The notes under the pieces were generated by a model. The model did not search any database, was not told the DNA's origin, and worked only from the letters and a program-made list of their open reading frames with translations. A program made the translations under genes and the position numbers. Shown piece after piece: positions 48,801-57,809 of a stretch of DNA of 64,000 nucleotides. How positions within the stretch are numbered: the stretch's first letter is position 1; every line of letters begins with the position of its first letter. This stretch comes from Mizuhopecten yessoensis (taxonomy: Eukaryota). The DNA is taken from the NCBI RefSeq assembly GCF_002113885.1, contig NW_018407082.1, positions 762,490 to 826,489 on the forward strand, given 5' to 3'.

Positions 48801-51800
48801 AGCCCACTGAAGATCTGAGTTTCAAATGTAGGCTGAATGCAGCTGTATCATTGCGGTATTCACAGCAATATAAACCTAACTTTGATACCCAAAAAGATGG
48901 ACATTCACTGTTTCATAAACAGTCCTGTAGAATCCCTGTCTCCCTTTGTGCATACGAGGAATAACTTATATATAATCTCAACAACGAGTCTTTAGTACTT
49001 TTATCTCGTCAAGGCGATTCTTCAGACTCATCTAAAATTTCACATCAATAATATTAAGTAATCTGATAATGGATATAGATATATTTAGTAATCTAATATA
49101 GATATAGATATATTTAGTAATCTAATATAGATATAGATATATCTATATAGCTTTAATGATTATTTGACAGTTACTGTGAAACACCCTACAGTAAAATTGT
49201 GATTACACAGGGTGCTTTTAAAAATTTAAATTTCGCTTTTTATCTTTTATGCATGAATGATTATAATCTTGACCACTACGACCTTGATTTAGTAATTAAG
49301 TGTGAGACAGAGCATCCGTGTCTTTCAGACACATCTAGTTCAGGATTTTTTTTAAGGAAAATTAATGATTGCGTCAAATCATCAAAAGAAATTCAAAGTT
49401 CAATTTTCAACTACTGGTATTTTTCACAAAATAAATAAAATCATCAGAAAGAAATACCTGGTACATTCTTTTAAAATTCATTAATTTTCTGACCTTGCAA
49501 CCTTTGTTTGCAGCTGCCCTGTCCAAGGTGAACGCTTTGGTGACTGAGTACAAGGAGCGGATGAGAACACAGGTATGTGATCATCTTGGAGATAGTACTC
49601 CGGGTAGTTTCAGATTTAGTAGGAAACAGTTATTTTGATCTGAGGTGTCTTAACTGAAGTAACATTTCTTATTTTCACTGAAATATGATCTTCATTTACA
49701 TTTCGCCATGGAAAAAAGATAGCAAAAAATAAGCAGTTTAAAATTTCATTTGATTACATATAGGAAAGATTTTGTGAAAATATTTTTTCTTTGATACAGC
49801 TAGAAAGAATTTTCATCCACATGTATTAATTCTCTGAAATCAGTTGGTTTGGTGGTGCAATGGAGGGCACACCTACCTTTCACCCAGACGGCCAGGGTTT
49901 GATTCCCAGATCAGGTGTGAAAAAGTATGGGGTCACCTGGGAGGCAGGGATTCAAAATTGTACAAATGGTGGGGCTAACCCCCCGGGCTAAGGGGTGGGG
50001 CCAATAAAACGTATTACTTGGAAGTGGTTGAGATCCCCACCATATAACCATATATACAATTGCTGAGTATAAAGAGAAGAATGCACATTTGCTTCCAGGA
50101 TGTCCCTAGGGTCTGGCCCCACCCTTGGAGACATAGTCCCTGGGCCATAACTTGAAAACGGTTGAGATCCCCACCCCAAAACTATATATACAAATGCTGG
50201 GCATAAAGAGACGAATGCAATCATGATATCAGAATAGACCCTGGGGTCTGACCGAACCCCTAGGGACCTAGTTTCTTAGTCACAGCTTGGAAACAGTTGA
50301 GAGCCCCACCCTATAACCGTATATATACAATTGCTGAGTATAAAGAGATGATTGTACATATGCTTCCAGGTTGGCCTTGGGGACTGCCCCACCCTTGGAG
50401 ACTTAACCCCTGGGTCATAACTTCGAAATGGTTAATATCCCCACCCCAAAACTATATATACAATTGTTAGGCATAAAGAGACGAATGCAGTCATGATATT
50501 AGAATTGATCCCAGGGTCTGCCCCACCCTTGCAGACTTGGCCCCTGGGTCATAACTTTGAAACGGTTGAGATCCCCACCCCAAAACTATATATAAAAATG
50601 CTGGGCCAAAAGAGACAAATGCAGTCACGATATTAGAATCGATCCTGGGGTCTGGCCACAACTCTAGGGACCTAGTTACTGAGTCAAAGCTTGGAAACAG
50701 TTGAGATCCCCACCCCATAACCATACATAAAATTGCTGGGTATGAAAAATCTAATATAGCTATGCTACAAGGATTGGCCTTGGTGTCTGTCATATTCCCT
50801 TGATCTCATTTGGAGAATACTTTGCCATGATTGCTTAGGTATCCAGGTGAGCGATACAGGCCCTCTGGGCCTCTTGTTTAATACTACAAGTAAAGCAATC
50901 CATGCCCCTTGGTTATATAAGTTGAGAAAATAAAACAAGTTTATATAAAATGTTTCGAAACTAGATATCCACTGAAGTTTTATACTTACGTCATGGCTAG
51001 TTTGTGATTTTGAATGTCTAATTTTCAGGAGAACCTGCAGAAGCTGATGGAGATACAGCGAGATCTGGTCGGTCTGGACACACTCGTACATGTAGACAGG
51101 GTATGTTTATACTGAATTTTACCCAGTACTTCACTTATTTCAACAATATTATATTTTCATTAAAACCTCCATATTGGAGATTTCAATTACAAGTTTCCAA
51201 CTTCATATGTTCTGAAGTCGCTTTACATAATTTGTTTAAAGAAAATGAATAATTGTACTCTAAACAATATGCATTTTGATTGATTTTCAGATTTTCATTC
51301 GAGAAGGATGCCTTCAGAAATTTTCGAGGAAGGGATACCAGCAAAGAATGTTTTTCTTGGTGAGTAGATAGAACTATAACAGTACTGAAGGGACCATGAC
51401 ATGAAAAGGGTGTTCATAAATATCAACAATAATACATTTCAATTATTCAGTTATAGCAATCACTATTTATAGCTAACTCAATAGAACACAGTAATAAGTA
51501 TGTATTGGACATAATTCACTACAGAGCCTGATATCTAAGGGACAATTTCTTGTCAGGAGAAATAATATGACACTTTTATTAGCAAGTTCTCTATAAGTTT
51601 GTTTGTACAAAAATGTCTTATTTGATTTCCTACAATATTCATTAGTTCAGAATATTGTATTCTTTCGTTAGATCATTTTGTCAGATATTTGTAAAAGAAA
51701 TTTATTTTGACTTCACATCTTAATTCAATTTTAATTTGAAATTGTCTTTCTACAGTTTTCGGACCTGTTGGTGTACACCAGTCGGACAACTACACATCTC

Positions 51801-54800
51801 TTGCAGTTCAAAGTTCACGGCCAGCTCCCTCTACGAGGCATGATTGTGAGTAATAGGGAAGACATTTTCATGAGAAGATCATTAAATCGCCTTGCTGAGT
51901 TTATACAGTTAATGGCACATACATACCATAATTTACATATAATTGAATGCCGAAACTCAAAGATCAGAAACAATTAGAACCTTAACAATATATTACCTGG
52001 TAGTATTTGTTTGTGAAATAGTATTAAAGTAACCTAAAACATACATTTATATTCTCTCAGGATATTATTGAAAATTTGTTACATGGCGAGTGAGATATTT
52101 ATAAGGGAGGTGAGAAAAGGGCTTAATGTAGAATATAATGCTTATAATGGTATAAGAACAAACAAGGAAATATCTGTAAGACATGAGTTTCCCCAGAGGC
52201 ACTCTGGTGCTGAGTGTTGTCTTTGTGTGAACAATTTCTGTAAATAGCAATGGTGACCTCGACTTTGATCTTGTAACCCTGAAAAAGGAACTCATTGGAG
52301 GTATTCTCACACTTGACTAAGTTTAATCAATATCAGTTAAAAAATGAAGTTGCCAGATTGAAGTCACTGTGTTCATTTGAATATTTCTAAAAGTAGTGAT
52401 GATGACCTTGACTTTGACAATGGAACCCCGAAATAGGACCCCCCTTTCAGGTATTCCCATACTTGATCTTCATATAAAGTATGATTGTAATCAGTTAAAC
52501 AATAAGAGCCGCTAGTATCCTAACACAGAAGTGGGACTGGACCAGACAGATATGAGTAACAATACAGTACGTGTTCCTCTCATGAAATTGGAGGGGAATG
52601 AAAAAACATGTTTAAGTTTGATATTTCTAGCAGTTGCTATAACTACATAAAAATACATATTTCAAACATATTATTTTATATCTCGAGGATTGTCTTTTTA
52701 TACAGGTGGAGGAGTCTGATCATGCCAAGATGGCAGTCGCCAACAGTTTCGCAATTTATGGTGGCAACAAATGTATATTAGTGGCAGCTAGGTAAGTTGT
52801 GGAGCTGTCCATGTTACACACGAAGTGTTGTGAAGCTGTCCATGTTACACACGAAGAGACCACCTACCTGAGCACGCAACTCTTTCTTTTAGTGAAATCA
52901 GAACAAAGAGACACTTTATCTTGATCATAGATAGTTTCATAGTATTTGCTCGTAATATTGTCACAGGTGTGTTTGTACGCTAAAAAGAGTTAATTCACAA
53001 AATCTAGTGTTTTCATAAATAGATAAATAAATAAATATACAAGTATTACAACATTTGCTATAGCGCCCTTTCTAGCTAACATAAGCCACTCTAAAGCGCC
53101 TTACAGTACATAGATATACAATTTAATACAATGAATACAATTAGCATATACATTAATCATTACAATTTTGAGGAATTCGCAGGAGCTGCCTTATCAGGCG
53201 CTAACTACTAGTCCTATGCCACCTGGCTAATATCTCCCTATGTGTGTATGTATGCGTGTGTGCTGGAGATGTATTGACTGGTGAATCAAGAAAACATTAT
53301 GATATATTAAGTAATTCAAGAGTTTTGCACTACAGTCTGATAACAAATAATAAAAGTGAACTTATATTGTCTGTAGATTTCTTACAGATGATCATGTTTT
53401 TTAATGTGATAATTATGTTGAAGTTCTCATGTTAATGAATGTGATAATTATGTTGTAGTTCTCAAGAGGAAAAAGATAAATGGATAGAGGATCTAAATGA
53501 AGCAATTATCCAAGCCAAAAACAGGAACGATGATAAACTGAAGTATTCTAGTCTGAAATCCTCCACTAGTAAGTGTATTAGTCCTCATCTCCAGACTCCT
53601 ACAGTTAAAGTTTAGAAAAAAATGTGGTTCCCAAACTGGGGTCACTGGGAGCACCTATCTGGGAAAGAGTTTTCTCTTACCCTGGACAGGAGTATCCATA
53701 CTTTTCCCGGTGTGAGATATCCCTGTCTCACCGTAGGGTTGAGAGGGGTATGACGTCATGATCACGTCAACAATACAATGACGTTGCATCAGCAATGCAT
53801 CAACGTCACGTCAACAATGCATTTAGCCTTTTAACATTTACATAACATTGTGTATATGATACACAATGGGTGAACAGGGTAAGAGAAACAGAATCGTTCA
53901 CCCCCTTGAGGTGAGATTGGGAATCTCAACCCTCGGGGAAAGATTCCCCTATATATAGAGCTATCTCACCCCAAAGAGGTTCTGTTTTACTGTATCAAGT
54001 GAGAATGATTTGATCTTCATCTGCTTTAATTTTACAATCTTCACAATTGGATGGATTTTAATGACAATCTTTCGACAGGTTCATCAGAAAATGTTGAAGG
54101 TGAAGGTCAGAGTGTGGAGGTCAATGGATCACCGCCTGAAAAACAGATCCAGCACCGCGCCAACACCACAATGCATGTGTGTTGGCATAGAAACACAAGT
54201 GTTAGCATGCGGGACCACGACAAGGCTGTTAAGGTAAGGAGGGGCAGTTTATTTGTGGTTGTTTCTTTAAGGGTGTTTGTTACCTTAACTGTGATATAAT
54301 AGTTACACCATAAGAAGTCTTTGCTGATTTATAATAAGTAGTACTTTTGATTTGATCTGTTAATTAATGACATAATAATAACACTCCATTAATTCTGAAA
54401 ATTAAGTTATAGTATTGTAAGGAAGAAAATTCCAACACAACTCACAGGGGAGATAACACAAATCACAAGGGAGATAAACACAAATCAAAAGGGAGATAAA
54501 CACAACTTACAAGGTAGATAAACACAACTCACAGGGGAGATAAACACAAATCACAAGGGAGATAAACACAACTCACAAGGGAGATAAACACAATCACAAA
54601 GGAGATATAATGTTTACACAACTCACAGGTTTAAAGTGTTAGTAAGCTTCTATGTTTAAGTTGTTTCCAGTTCAAACACCCTGATTTCTTCTTAATATAG
54701 GGTAATGGTTGTGTAAACATCTGAGTGTTTTGCAACAAAATTACACAAAATATATATCTTGGTAAAAAAATTCCTCAAAGGTTTTTGGATGATGAAAATG

Positions 54801-56494
54801 GCATTGTTAGGCTTTATTAATCATACTTAGTACAGTCATAAAAATTGTCACATTCGAAAAAAAAAAAAAAAAGTCCACACAAAAACAGATAACTATTAAT
54901 TGTTGTCCAAAAAATGGTCATATTCGAAAAGAGAAAGCCCACACAGAAATAAATAGCTGTTAATTATTGTCAGATTTCTAGTGTTGAAGTGATTAGTATT
55001 GATTTGATTTTAACAGTACCTATAATTTGTGACAGTGATATAAACGAATGTTGCTATGTATAGGGGCTTTTTATTTTAAAGTTCAATGGTTTACGTTACA
55101 GAACCAACTGAGTGGATACCTGCTGCGAAAGTTCAAGAACAGCAACGGCTGGCAGAAACTCTGGGTCGTGTTTACAAACTTTTGTCTATTTTTCTACAAA
55201 ACATATCAGGTAAAAAATTGTCCTTTTGAACTTAATTAATTTTCTGAAGACGTAAATACTATTATTCGAGGGAAGTTTATCTGACACAAGTGATCATTAA
55301 GATTTCAGACACAAGTGAACAACTTGGCTGGGGAAAATAAAATATTGGTGGGGGGCGTTGGAGGAAGTGAACTATGTTCTTTGTAGTTGGTGTAATTGAT
55401 CCTCGGGGTCAGATAGAGGTTAAATGATCACCTGGACCACTGGGCTTGTTAAAATCTTAACCAGTCCTTTAAGTTAATGTAAGTTTTATGTATATATCAA
55501 AAAAGGTCACAGGTCCAGACATTACCTTATAAAATTGCTTTTAACATGTTAGCCTAACATTAAGTTAGTTGTCGCAGGCCTTCGAACCAGTCGGGAATTC
55601 TGCCGTTCGCCTGGATTTTGTTCTGGTATTTAAGTTTCCTCCCACTTTAAGAACCTGTTCTTTCATCTTGGCCTACAAGCTTTAACGACAGCTACAGAGG
55701 ATATCTACAGCAGAAGGAAATAGTCAGATAGAGTAAATGTGAATCTGTTGATTATATACTTCATTTTCTCCATCACAGGATGACTTCCCCCTGGCCAGCC
55801 TGCCTTTGCTAGGTTATGCGGTCAATACGCCTGAGGAAGAGGACAGTATTCACAAAGACCACGTCTTCAAACTCCAGTTTAAAAACCATGTGTACTTCTT
55901 CAGGGCTGAGAGCGAGTATACCTTTGAGAGGTGGGTCTAAACTATAAATTTAATATCACAAAAAATACTGTATTTACAATATTGTATCACAACAGTGAAA
56001 AATACACAAAATACTATATATAACAGTAACATGGGAAGGGCGAAATTAACACTGAGCAAAAAGCAATTCTACCAGTTAAACACGAAAATCGTACTATGTG
56101 AAACAGAATGTTTCGCAGAATAATAAGAATTATAATGATATTTCTTTAGGAAAAGGCAAACACAACAACAACATCTAAGTAGGTAATCTACAAAGTTGAT
56201 ATCTATAACTTACGTATTTTGCCTTAGCCTGGGATATCCCATTAAAGCCACAGAAAGCTTATTTCCATTGGAGTCCCCTAGTGCAATACTCTATCAAAAT
56301 CGCTGACATTTTACCTGTATTTTGACACACCACCAATTTTTGACCAACTTAGTTTACCATAGTGTACCTGTATTTTACAAACCCTAAGTTTACCGGTATT
56401 TATTCTCAGGTGGATGGAGGTCATCAACCACGCTACAAACAGCTCCCGTCGAGTCAGACTCTTCAGTAGGATGGACAGCAACCAGTTGTCATAG
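6658..56494 (+). CDS. FARP2: FARP1/2 (CDEP)-like FERM, RhoGEF and PH domain protein; spliced CDS, 5'-partial (20 exons, ~856 aa in window)
   Basis: Exons 6658-6818, 7639-7713, 11137-11474, 45066-45294, 45594-45828, 46235-46324, 46595-46725, 47092-47176, 48106-48295, 48699-48749, 49514-49572, 51029-51100, 51291-51359, 51756-51845, 52706-52791, 53459-53568, 54079-54233, 55102-55209, 55779-55930, 56410-56494. All are GT-AG with matching phases and total 2571 nt. FARP-family motifs: [115 protein letters not shown]. Invertebrate co-ortholog of FARP1 and FARP2. Confidence 0.95.
7639..7713 (+). CDS. FARP2: FARP exon: FA domain ([26 protein letters not shown])
   Basis: cacag|G acceptor; AAG|gtttgt donor; phase 2 to 2; 75 nt. 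Confidence 0.93.
7941..8031 (+). mobile_element. TTAA MITE, family B (~90 bp)
   Basis: TIR TCATTCACCCCTGAA / TTCAGGGGTGAATGA; further copies at 9976-10047 (partial), 39069-39395 (split) and 57719-57809. Confidence 0.72.
8956..8967 (+). CDS. Candidate 12-nt microexon (adds TNTK after the FA domain)
   Basis: cttcgcttcacag|GACTAACACAAA|gtaagt; phase 2/2; no stop; upstream ACTAA branch-point-like motif. Confidence 0.6.
9579..9719 (+). mobile_element. Short HINE-like fragment followed by the 5' end of a second HINE at an assembly N
   Basis: ttttatgccccaccat...atggtgggg hairpin with tctgtccc; then tttaggtcacctgag...ctcaagtgacctattgc as at 2901. Confidence 0.55.
9976..10047 (-). mobile_element. 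TTAA MITE family B, partial inverted copy
   Basis: attcacccctgaagacacatt...ggaatagttcattatgaaatttcaggg matches the reverse complement of 7941-8031. Confidence 0.65.
10792..11013. mobile_element. MITE-like inverted repeat pair
   Basis: ttctcatg.....gattctgtgctca / tgagcacagaatc.....catgagaa. Confidence 0.45.
11137..11474 (+). CDS. FARP2: FARP exon: S/T-rich linker ([18 protein letters not shown]...RIDER)
   Basis: ttgtag|G phase-2 acceptor. The donor GAG|gtgcca is weak but phase 1, matching the acceptor at 45066, and coincides with a drop in GC. Alternative phase-1 donors exist at 11921 and 11966, so the 3' end is uncertain. Confidence 0.75.
11137..15379 (+). CDS. FARP2: Alternative giant terminal exon (read-through of the 11474 donor); encodes ~1410 aa of low-complexity, probably disordered sequence
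   Basis: Frame is open from the 11137 acceptor to TAG 15377-15379 (4243 nt) in an AT-rich genome. It is in frame with the 1350-aa ORF in the track, has coding-like composition and protein-level repeats, and is followed by AT-rich UTR-like sequence. Confidence 0.8.
12245..12484 (+). repeat. Coding 42-bp (14-aa) tandem repeat, ~6 units
   Basis: [14 protein letters not shown] / [14 protein letters not shown] / [14 protein letters not shown] / [14 protein letters not shown] x2 / [10 protein letters not shown]. Confidence 0.85.
16291..16886. repeat. 44-bp minisatellite, ~14 copies
   Basis: Unit TCTAGTCAGCCCAGCTGTATGGACAGCTGTGGTATTTTGATGGT. Confidence 0.92.
19208..19621. repeat. 17-bp minisatellite, ~24 copies
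   Basis: Unit GATGTCCTAACTAGA(T/G)A. Confidence 0.92.
20261..20371. repeat. 34-bp tandem repeat, 3 copies
   Basis: ATAAAGGGGAGAAACTCTGACATGAATGCCATGT. Confidence 0.9.
21016..21475 (+). mobile_element. Kolobok-like non-autonomous element, second copy, with a nested MITE
   Basis: TTAA-GGATCCCTGTCCCACTGC ... GCAGTGGTACAGGGATCC-TTAA; internal GGTAGCTCAGTTGG (A box) and GTTCAAAC (B box). Confidence 0.62.
21071..21161 (+). mobile_element. piggyBac-like MITE, family A (~90 bp)
   Basis: TTAA-CCCCTTCACC ... GGTGAAAGGG-TTAA; other copies at 21472-21562 and 61267-61356. Confidence 0.75.
21472..21562 (-). mobile_element. piggyBac-like MITE, family A, inverted copy
   Basis: TTAA-CCCTTTCACC ... GGTGAAAGGG-TTAA; reverse complement of 21071-21161. 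Confidence 0.75.
22544..22812. repeat. 60-bp tandem repeat, ~4.5 copies
   Basis: GATAAGTTGTCTCCCCTT...GATTGTCTACCACGTGATCACT recurring every 60 nt. Confidence 0.9.
31137..31748 (+). mobile_element. HINE-like element with ~3 central ~145-bp repeats
   Basis: TTTTAGCTTACCTGG...(GTCC)n...CCAGGTGAGC plus palindrome AGGCCCATTGGGCT; same family as 39892-41183. Confidence 0.78.
32505..32720. mobile_element. Fragment resembling the element at 53671
   Basis: ttctcccaccct..acagg..ccggg..agat..tgtcacc and repeated TGACGTCAT; no partner inverted repeat found. Confidence 0.35.
34150..37690. repeat. 29-bp satellite array, >100 copies, N gap at 36294-36413
   Basis: Unit TAGGAACAGTTCAGTGTACATAGGAGCTC; degenerate 5' edge. 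Confidence 0.95.
38120..38283 (+). mobile_element. SINE fragment (V-domain-like) with (A)nC tail
   Basis: ttttctgggcactcc..tttcctcc motif followed by gcgctaaaacaaaacaaaaaacaacaaaaaac. Confidence 0.4.
38630..38687 (+). CDS. Candidate alternative first coding exon ([19 protein letters not shown]) for a FERM-less isoform
   Basis: ACA-ATG start context; 19 codons plus 1 nt, then |gtaagg; phase 1 matches the 45066 acceptor; TATAAGTAAA at 38391. Confidence 0.35.
39097..39359 (-). mobile_element. CORE-SINE-like fragment inserted in a family B MITE
   Basis: catttacagctgagtagactgg...gtaaagtagcttgcccaaaga resembles the reverse CORE domain; L2-like tail (AAGCGGTATATAA on the minus strand); flanked by the two MITE halves. 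Confidence 0.55.
39892..41183 (+). mobile_element. HINE-like element with ~8 central ~145-bp repeats
   Basis: TTTTTAGCTCACCTGG ... CCAGGTGAGC plus AGGCCCATTTGGCCT; repeats carry GATGAAGGGCTACCAAGTTTGTTCAAATGAATGACCTT. Confidence 0.8.
42381..43015. mobile_element. Crypton-like non-autonomous element with long terminal hairpin
   Basis: ~84-bp inverted arms around CCGAGGCGTAAGCCGAG; 14-bp inverted repeat TTTTTCTCGCACCT (~42598-42611) / AGGTGCGAGAAAAA (43002-43015). Confidence 0.6.
45066..45294 (+). CDS. FARP2: FARP exon: linker (DAPPPYPGV...PPQFQR)
   Basis: tttacag|AT phase 1; CAGAG|gtaacc phase 2; contains a PPPY (PPxY) motif. Confidence 0.85.
45594..45828 (+). CDS. FARP2: FARP exon: proline-rich linker (SATSPY...PPPPPP...KRKIK)
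   Basis: ttcccag|G; AAG|gtttgt; phase 2 to 0. Confidence 0.9.
46235..46324 (+). CDS. FARP2: FARP exon: DH domain start ([30 protein letters not shown])
   Basis: caacag|CGA; GTG|gtgagt; DH CR1 motif. Confidence 0.95.
46595..46725 (+). CDS. FARP2: FARP exon: DH domain (WFHNAV...[26 protein letters not shown])
   Basis: attag|TGG; TG|gtaggt; phase 0 to 2. Confidence 0.92.
47092..47176 (+). CDS. FARP2: FARP exon: DH domain ([24 protein letters not shown])
   Basis: aacag|G; ACG|gtaagt; phase 2 to 0. Confidence 0.93.
48106..48295 (+). CDS. FARP2: FARP exon: DH domain ([31 protein letters not shown])
   Basis: ttccag|GTG; AAC|gtgagt; phase 0 to 1. Confidence 0.95.
48699..48749 (+). CDS. FARP2: FARP exon: DH domain ([17 protein letters not shown])
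   Basis: tttccag|GC; ATG|gtgagt; phase 1 to 1. Confidence 0.92.
49514..49572 (+). CDS. FARP2: FARP exon: DH helix 6 ([20 protein letters not shown])
   Basis: ttgcag|CT; CAG|gtatgt; phase 1 to 0. Confidence 0.9.
49843..49940 (+). mobile_element. tRNA-derived SINE head
   Basis: GGTGGTGCAATGG (A-box-like) and GGGTTTGATTCCC (B-box-like); no full cloverleaf. Confidence 0.45.
49945..50879 (+). mobile_element. 5'-truncated HINE-like element with ~6 central 134-135-bp repeats
   Basis: GAGATCCCCACC-like anchors at 50031, 50165, 50300, 50435, 50569 and 50704; 3' end CCAGGTGAGCGATACAGGCCCTCTGGGCCTCTTGTTT. Confidence 0.72.
51029..51100 (+). CDS. FARP2: FARP exon: DH-PH1 junction ([24 protein letters not shown])
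   Basis: ttttcag|GAG; AGG|gtatgt; phase 0. Confidence 0.93.
51291..51359 (+). CDS. FARP2: FARP exon: PH1 ([23 protein letters not shown])
   Basis: ttttcag|ATT; TTG|gtgagt; phase 0. Confidence 0.95.
51756..51845 (+). CDS. FARP2: FARP exon: PH1 ([10 protein letters not shown]...[14 protein letters not shown])
   Basis: ctacag|TTT; ATT|gtgagt; phase 0. Confidence 0.95.
52161..52606 (-). mobile_element. Degenerate HINE-like element, reverse orientation
   Basis: Repeated tgacct(t/c)gactttga units, gacaga microsatellite remnant and terminal ttcctctc...gaggggaa hairpin next to an A-run. Confidence 0.45.
52706..52791 (+). CDS. FARP2: FARP exon: PH1 ([29 protein letters not shown])
   Basis: tacag|GTG; TAG|gtaagt; phase 0 to 2. 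Confidence 0.92.
53459..53568 (+). CDS. FARP2: FARP exon: PH1 C-terminal helix ([16 protein letters not shown]...)
   Basis: ttgtag|T; CTA|gtaagt; phase 2 to 1. Confidence 0.93.
53671..53988. mobile_element. Crypton-like non-autonomous element, opposite layout
   Basis: Inverted repeat TTTCTCTTACCCTG (53671-53684) / CAGGGTAAGAGAAA (53875-53888), then a degenerate terminal hairpin; internal TGACGTCA motifs. Confidence 0.5.
54079..54233 (+). CDS. FARP2: FARP exon: PH1-PH2 linker ([19 protein letters not shown])
   Basis: cgacag|GT; AAG|gtaagg; phase 1 to 0; FARP signature motif. Confidence 0.95.
54436..54628. repeat. ~22-bp minisatellite, ~8 copies
   Basis: ACACAA(C/A)TCACAAGGGAGATAA. Confidence 0.85.
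55102..55209 (+). CDS. FARP2: FARP exon: PH2 ([36 protein letters not shown])
   Basis: ttacag|AAC; CAG|gtaaaa; phase 0. Confidence 0.96.
55779..55930 (+). CDS. FARP2: FARP exon: PH2 ([13 protein letters not shown]...[23 protein letters not shown])
   Basis: cacag|GAT; GAG|gtgggt; phase 0 to 2. Confidence 0.96.
56410..56494 (+). CDS. FARP2: FARP last coding exon ([27 protein letters not shown])
   Basis: tctcag|G phase 2; PH2 terminal WMEVI; TAG at 56492-56494. Confidence 0.94.
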
Positions 56495-57718
56495 CACTTA
56501 CAATCGGCAGCCAATCAAAACCTCTGTCTGCCTGTCACTGTGACACCTAGTCAAGTCGGCCATATCGTCGCCAAGCTGCCCACTCAGAGACAACTCTGAC
56601 TGTTACTGAAATACATGTTTATTAACTTGATACTCAGAAACCAGTTCTGATCTATAGTAAAAAGAGTTAGGACTTCTTATACTATTTTAAGAAAAACCAG
56701 CAATGTGGGTGATTTTAAAACTAATTTAAAAGGGTGCGTTAATGGAAATTTTCTTGATGAAACCTGTTGTTCAGTGAAATATTGGGACAGTATTAGACTA
56801 AATGGTGCGTAACTGTTTTTAGTGCAGTATTTTAACATGGGCGTGACTGGTAATAACTTCAATGGGTTTGTGATTGTGAGATAGCTATCTTTCATAATAT
56901 TTTCGAACATTTGTGTAGAAAACTTGTTGTGTCTGAAATCATTCATGAAGGTGATACAGAATTGATTTTAAATATTTTCTATATGAGTGACAAGTGGAAA
57001 TGACTGGATGAATTTCAACGTTTGTAATCGGTTAATTGTTAATATAATTACATTGTACGTCTTTTTAAACAAAAAAGAAGATGATATGGGATTTATAAGG
57101 GGAAATATTTTTAATGTTATTTTAAATTAATTATGTACATATATATATATATACATGTATATGGGATTTATTATCAGAGTAAACATTATTATTCAAATCC
57201 CCGTTTTAAAACTTTTTATTTGGAGTTCAGAAAAATATCTCCGTGTCATAGAATATCTAAATATTTACTACTGTAATTTTACAATTCAACATTTGGGGTG
57301 GGGAGGTGGTTGAATTGGTAGCATTTATCTATTAAAGATCAGACAATCAAGTCTGACATTGATTGAGTATTGAATTGAATCATGTGATTTGTGATATACA
57401 ACTCAGTTTAGTGTTTATAATGCTCAAAGACACTGTAATTATTTAAAAAATTACTGAAGACCCATATTAAATTTTAGAATGCTTAAAACATGTTTTTCAC
57501 ACCCAAATTAGATGTCAAAATGTACTCAAGACAAAAAATGAAATATATAGAATGCTAATTATTACAATTATTACATTTATTTAATAAAACCATATTCTAA
57601 AAATTATTATCCAGGAGCCAGATAAAGTTTTACACTACTTACCATATGTTTTTGCAATAACTTTGGAGATGTGGAAACAGGAGTAAAGATATGTAACTGA
57701 GCACAGGTTATCCTGTCC

Positions 57719-57809
57719 TTTACTCGTTCACCCCTGAAAACACATTTGAACTCTTCTGATTCAAAAGTTGGAATAGTTCATTATGAAATTTCAGGGGTGA
57801 ATGAGTTAA
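57719..57809 (-). mobile_element. TTAA MITE family B, in the putative 3'UTR
   Basis: Same TIRs and internal sequence as 7941-8031, reversed. Confidence 0.72.
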
